Source: Eledone cirrhosa
Lineage: Eukaryota
NCBI GenBank assembly: GCA_964016885.1
Contig: OZ024740.1
Coordinates: 197,346,001 to 197,410,000 of the forward strand
Direction of reading: 5' to 3'
Length of the DNA: 64,000 nt
The notes under the pieces are model-generated. The model did not search any database. It saw only the letters and a program-made list of their open reading frames with translations, and had not been told where the DNA came from. The position numbers were made by a program, and so were the translations under genes. This document shows, piece by piece, positions 62,035 through 64,000 of this stretch. The number at the start of each line of letters is the position of its first letter. Position 1 is the stretch's first letter.

Positions 62035-62410
62035 ATAATTGTTTCTACTTTAGGCACAAGGCCAGCAATTACCCAGTGCATTACTGGTACTTTATTTTAT
62101 CGACCCCGTAAGGATGAAAGGCAAAGTCAACCTCGGCGGGATTTGAACTCAGATCGTAAAGGGGCGTAACTATGTTGGAAAGCATGGCGTCCGACCCTCT
62201 ACCGATACTGCCAATCCACAGGCCCAAGGCCAACAATTTTTTGGGAGGGGAAAGTCGATTAAATCGACTCCAGTGCGTGACTGGTATTTTATTTTATCGA
62301 CTCCGTAAGGATGAAAGGCAAAGCTCCGCGCGATTTGAACACAGAATGTAAAGGGCTGTCACTCTATGCCACGAAGCAGGGTGTCCGATCCTCTACCGAT
62401 TCTGCCAAAC
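62035..62410 (-). mobile_element. Two tandem SINE-B copies
   Basis: Match the 29445-29635 copy. Confidence 0.8.
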
Positions 62411-62629
62411 GAAGTGCGAGTATTTTTATTGGCCATATGATCCCTCCTGCCAAATATAACAATATATATATTAAGGTAGTAGTAAGTAAAAATATAGATA
62501 ACTAAAAATACGAGAAAATATTTGTACTTCCTTTTTTCGACAATAAATAGTACAAAGTGTATTAAGTTTATTTTGGCAATGTTTTCATTTATAGATTATC
62601 TGTTTCCCACTTTGACAGTTTTGTTTTTA

Positions 62630-63085
62630 TTTCGGAACAAAATCCTAAAATACCGTCATCTGTCGGCTAACTACATTTTCCAGCCTATGGCGTTCGAGAC
62701 GTTTGGGGGAGTCGGACTACTGACTGCGAGATTCCTATCTTCACTGGCGGCTCGCCTAACAGAGGCAACTAGTGATGCTCGTGAGGGCGCTTGGCTGTTC
62801 CAGCGCATCAGCCTCGCCATCACCCGAGTTAACGCTGCGAACGTGCTGCCTTGCCTAAAAAATTATTAAAGAGGTTTCCCAGTGCGCCTCGCCATATTGT
62901 TATCTTTTGCTCTGGTAACGTCCACCTCTTTCGCCTGCTTTTGTTGTATGTGGTTTCAGATGTGTGTATTATCTGCTTGTGTTTCTTTTTCTCTTTCTTA
63001 TTTTCCTTTCCCTTTCCTTTGTATATAATATATTTGTTTGTGTTTTCGTTCTGTAAGCATTGTATCATTATACTTTTTTTTTTAT
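62630..63085 (+). mobile_element. CRE-like short 3' fragment
   Basis: NKILKYRHLSANYIFQPMAFETFGGVG..AWLFQRISLAITR and the shared 3' UTR. Confidence 0.85.
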
Positions 63086-64000
63086 ACAACTTTGACAGTT
63101 ATATATATGAACTTTATTACGGATTTCAATTTGTATTTTTCACATTTAAAATAGAAACTTTCTTTTTCATGGCATGCCTAATTGCAACTCGCGGCAAACC
63201 AGTGTGTCAAGACTCAGAGTTTGGGAATCACTGCTCCAATTGTTCGCTCAATGTGCTAGAAACTAAGCTAAATCAACTTAGAATCAAAAGCAACTCCCTT
63301 AAAGATATACTTTACGTCATGTAGTCCACAATTCATTATATCCAAAAAGAGAAAAAAGAAGAGGGTCATGGTTGGAATGTATTTGACCACAGTCTCAATC
63401 TATTAAGGCCGACTTAAAGAAAGAAAATCAAGAACACAAAATGCTCCATTAAAGAATTATTTATGTAATTGCATTTATCTCCCATATTAATACAAGAGTA
63501 GTGTCCCTTAGATGCGAAGTTAGTTATTACACGAGAAATGGATGGAGCATGGCTGAATAGTTAAGAAGCCGGCTTTGCTATCGTTAGGTCCCGGGTTCGA
63601 CCCTAGTTCATGGTATCTTGCGCACGTGTCATTTCATATACCTTCGGGTCGATTCATTCCTTGTGAGTTAAAATCGGAAGATGGAAACTGTTTTGAAGCC
63701 TGTTAGATGATCTGTAATCGTTGTCTACACGTATCTGGGGAATCTCAACTACATATACGTTGATCGAACAACTGGAACACTTATCGTTGAAACCGATGAA
63801 GGTCGATTCCATATAAAAAAAAAAAAAAAAAAAAAAAAGGGGAACGAGGAGTGGGATGACTGAAAACCCTAGAATGGAAGGTATATCACAGCTGCACAAC
63901 AACAAAAACAACAATAAAAAAATTAACAGCAATAACAGCTAACATGTTTTGATAAGATTATACATACATGTATATCATCATCATCATCATCATCGTTTAA

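Overview
AT-rich eukaryotic (animal) genomic DNA. The CDICGKSF-type C2H2 zinc-finger genes and the SINE families point to a coleoid cephalopod, most likely Octopus; this is inference, not a database result. The backbone is a tandem cluster of four minus-strand C2H2-ZNF paralogs (9, 10, 11 and 17 fingers). Each has the same inferred layout: a conserved non-coding first exon/promoter module, one intron carrying a shared 38-bp minisatellite (2-3 to ~70 units), and one coding exon whose 3' flank holds decayed finger remnants. Most of the remaining sequence is transposon-derived. It includes a Gypsy/Ty3 element whose 5' LTR is interrupted by a young non-autonomous LTR element, with both showing unusually extended tRNA-Trp complementarity at the primer binding site. 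It also includes a decayed CR1-like LINE with a SINE-mediated tandem duplication, nine CRE-like (restriction-like endonuclease) retrotransposon pieces, several RTE LINEs, two tRNA-derived SINE families, a mariner and several MITEs. No prokaryotic operon or CRISPR array is present. All coordinates were read by eye; boundaries of decayed repeats are approximate.
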